From assembly GCA_964398775.1 (NCBI GenBank), contig CAYNND010000003.1, positions 3,879-67,878 on the forward strand: a stretch of DNA of 64,000 nucleotides. The letters are read 5' to 3'. Origin of the DNA: an uncultured Candidatus Saccharibacteria bacterium (GTDB lineage: Bacteria > Patescibacteriota > Minisyncoccia > Phycocordibacterales > UBA2100). Below are positions 62,957 to 64,000 of the stretch, one piece after another. The notes under the pieces are model-generated. The model did not search any database and was not told where the DNA came from. It saw only the letters and a program-made list of their open reading frames with translations. Both the position numbers and the translations under genes were made by a program. Positions within the stretch are counted from its first letter, which is position 1. The number at the start of each line of letters is the position of its first letter.

Positions 62957-63313
62957 CTATGCACAGTCCATGCACGTCTCGGCGCTCAAATACACAGCAA
63001 GTCGCTCCTTTTCTATATCTGCTCCACAAATTGAGCAGATGCCATAGGTTCCTTTTGCCACACGCTCAAGAGCACGTTCAATAGACTTCATTTGTGTTAC
63101 AAGCTCTATCGCCACTGCCTTGTTTGTTTCTTGCGCACTATCGAAATCACCCATCTCATTTAAATCTCCAGGTTCAGGATGTATATCAAGTGGTGCTCCT
63201 ACAAAACCTGTGCCGTCATGTGCATGAAGATATCCAATGTCAGTCAGTTCAAGCTCGATACGTGCAAGCTCGCGCTGGAGTAATTCTTGGATACTTCCCT
63301 GTTGATGCTTCAT
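62957..63313 (-). CDS. DksA/TraR-family C4 zinc-finger protein
   Basis: 118 aa. Coiled-coil N-terminus. C-terminal CSICGADIEKERLAVYLSAETCMDC (CxxC-x17-CxxC). Confidence 0.7.
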   Translation of the reverse strand: MKHQQGSIQELLQRELARIELELTDIGYLHAHDGTGFVGAPLDIHPEPGDLNEMGDFDSAQETNKAVAIELVTQMKSIERALERVAKGTYGICSICGADIEKERLAVYLSAETCMDCA

Positions 63314-63347
63314 AGTATTCTCAGTGTACCAGAATATATGCGCTTCA

Positions 63348-63881
63348 CTATATTCCTGTACCTCTCATGTTACTCGTGCGTGCATGAAGTCTTGCCGCCG
63401 CCTCTTTCAATGTGTAAATATTATTTGTGATGACAATTACGTTTTTTTCGAGAACGGCGTATAAAACACGGACTTTTTTGTTTGGAGCACGCAAGACACG
63501 CGCGTCGATGTTGTCCACTGCCATATCCTCAAACTTCGCACTTCCAGCGTTTAAGGCCGTTGCGCCTCTGCTCGGGAAAAACGGAGTTATATCTTGAGCT
63601 AAAGTTGGTTCCCATGCGAGCATTCCAGCAAATGCAGTATCATATGAATCAGCAACTAAAAATATCACAGGCGTGTTTTCTTCTGTCGTGTGTACTGCAA
63701 ACATGTATTCTTGATACAGTATTGTTGCAAGTTGTTTCGGGATACGTGGCTTCATTGTGTTCACGATATCTTGCAGTGTTGCATACCGTGTAAAATACTG
63801 TCCAGATGCCGCATCGTACGGTCTCAGTGTCATCTGGATGAGTGTAAATGAGCCTAGCGTAGCTGCAAGTTTTTCTCGCAA
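63348..63881 (-). CDS. Hypothetical protein
   Basis: 177-aa ORF with no recognised motif. Co-directional with the dksA-like gene. Confidence 0.4.
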   Translation of the reverse strand: MREKLAATLGSFTLIQMTLRPYDAASGQYFTRYATLQDIVNTMKPRIPKQLATILYQEYMFAVHTTEENTPVIFLVADSYDTAFAGMLAWEPTLAQDITPFFPSRGATALNAGSAKFEDMAVDNIDARVLRAPNKKVRVLYAVLEKNVIVITNNIYTLKEAAARLHARTSNMRGTGI

Positions 63882-64000
63882 CTGCGCAAGCCCACCTTTA
63901 AGCTCATATGGTTGTAAATCTGTTATGTCAAATTGCTGTTGATGTTCGTAGAAGACGATTGTGTTCTGACTTAAGAGTTGCTCACTTTCTACTTGCTCTT

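Overview
This 64-kb window comes from a compact bacterial chromosome and spans the replication origin. dnaA-dnaN lie on the minus strand and rpmH-rnpA-yidC-jag on the plus strand. A shared 10-mer ATGTGGATAT (DnaA-box-like) and an AT-rich unwinding element sit at about 39.5-41.1 kb.

Left arm, in order: a partial cytochrome b5-like gene, tRNA-Ser, a chorismate/aromatic operon (aminotransferase, chorismate mutase, aroC, fused aroA-aroK), two GC-rich tandem paralogous small genes behind structured leaders, rpsT, ruvA, an N-terminally short Mur ligase, trmL, tRNA-Lys and guaA.

Next comes the most striking feature: nine consecutive co-directional genes (12.5-28.0 kb) encoding secreted modular proteins. 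Each has a different N-terminal domain (M15 LAS metallopeptidases, a 3D domain, a TIM-barrel glycosidase-like domain, or unknown) followed by a Q/P/G-rich linker. All nine carry a cysteine-containing C-terminal beta-sandwich module: a tandem two-domain A+B unit in seven, and domain A alone in the two most 3' genes (12470..13720 and 13711..15246). This looks like an arsenal of extracellular peptidoglycan hydrolases and is a candidate undescribed system.

The array is followed by holA-like, polA, tsaE, pilB, ruvB, PBP1A, ruvC, yebC and DUF721.

Right of the origin is a ~12-kb conjugation/T4SS-like cluster on the lagging strand. It holds pilin-like genes, a VirB4 split into two ORFs, a VirB3/PrgI-like gene, a VirB6-like gene and several secreted proteins. 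After it come ksgA, a UvrD/PcrA helicase, an HTH(XRE)-MurA fusion behind an extended -10 promoter that implies a leaderless mRNA, a LysM-M23 peptidase behind a ~300-nt structured leader, comM and a dksA-like gene. rpmH carries an apparent 1-nt insertion in an A-run.

No CRISPR arrays, rRNA or obvious transposases were found. All assignments rest on motifs recognised by eye; no searches could be run.
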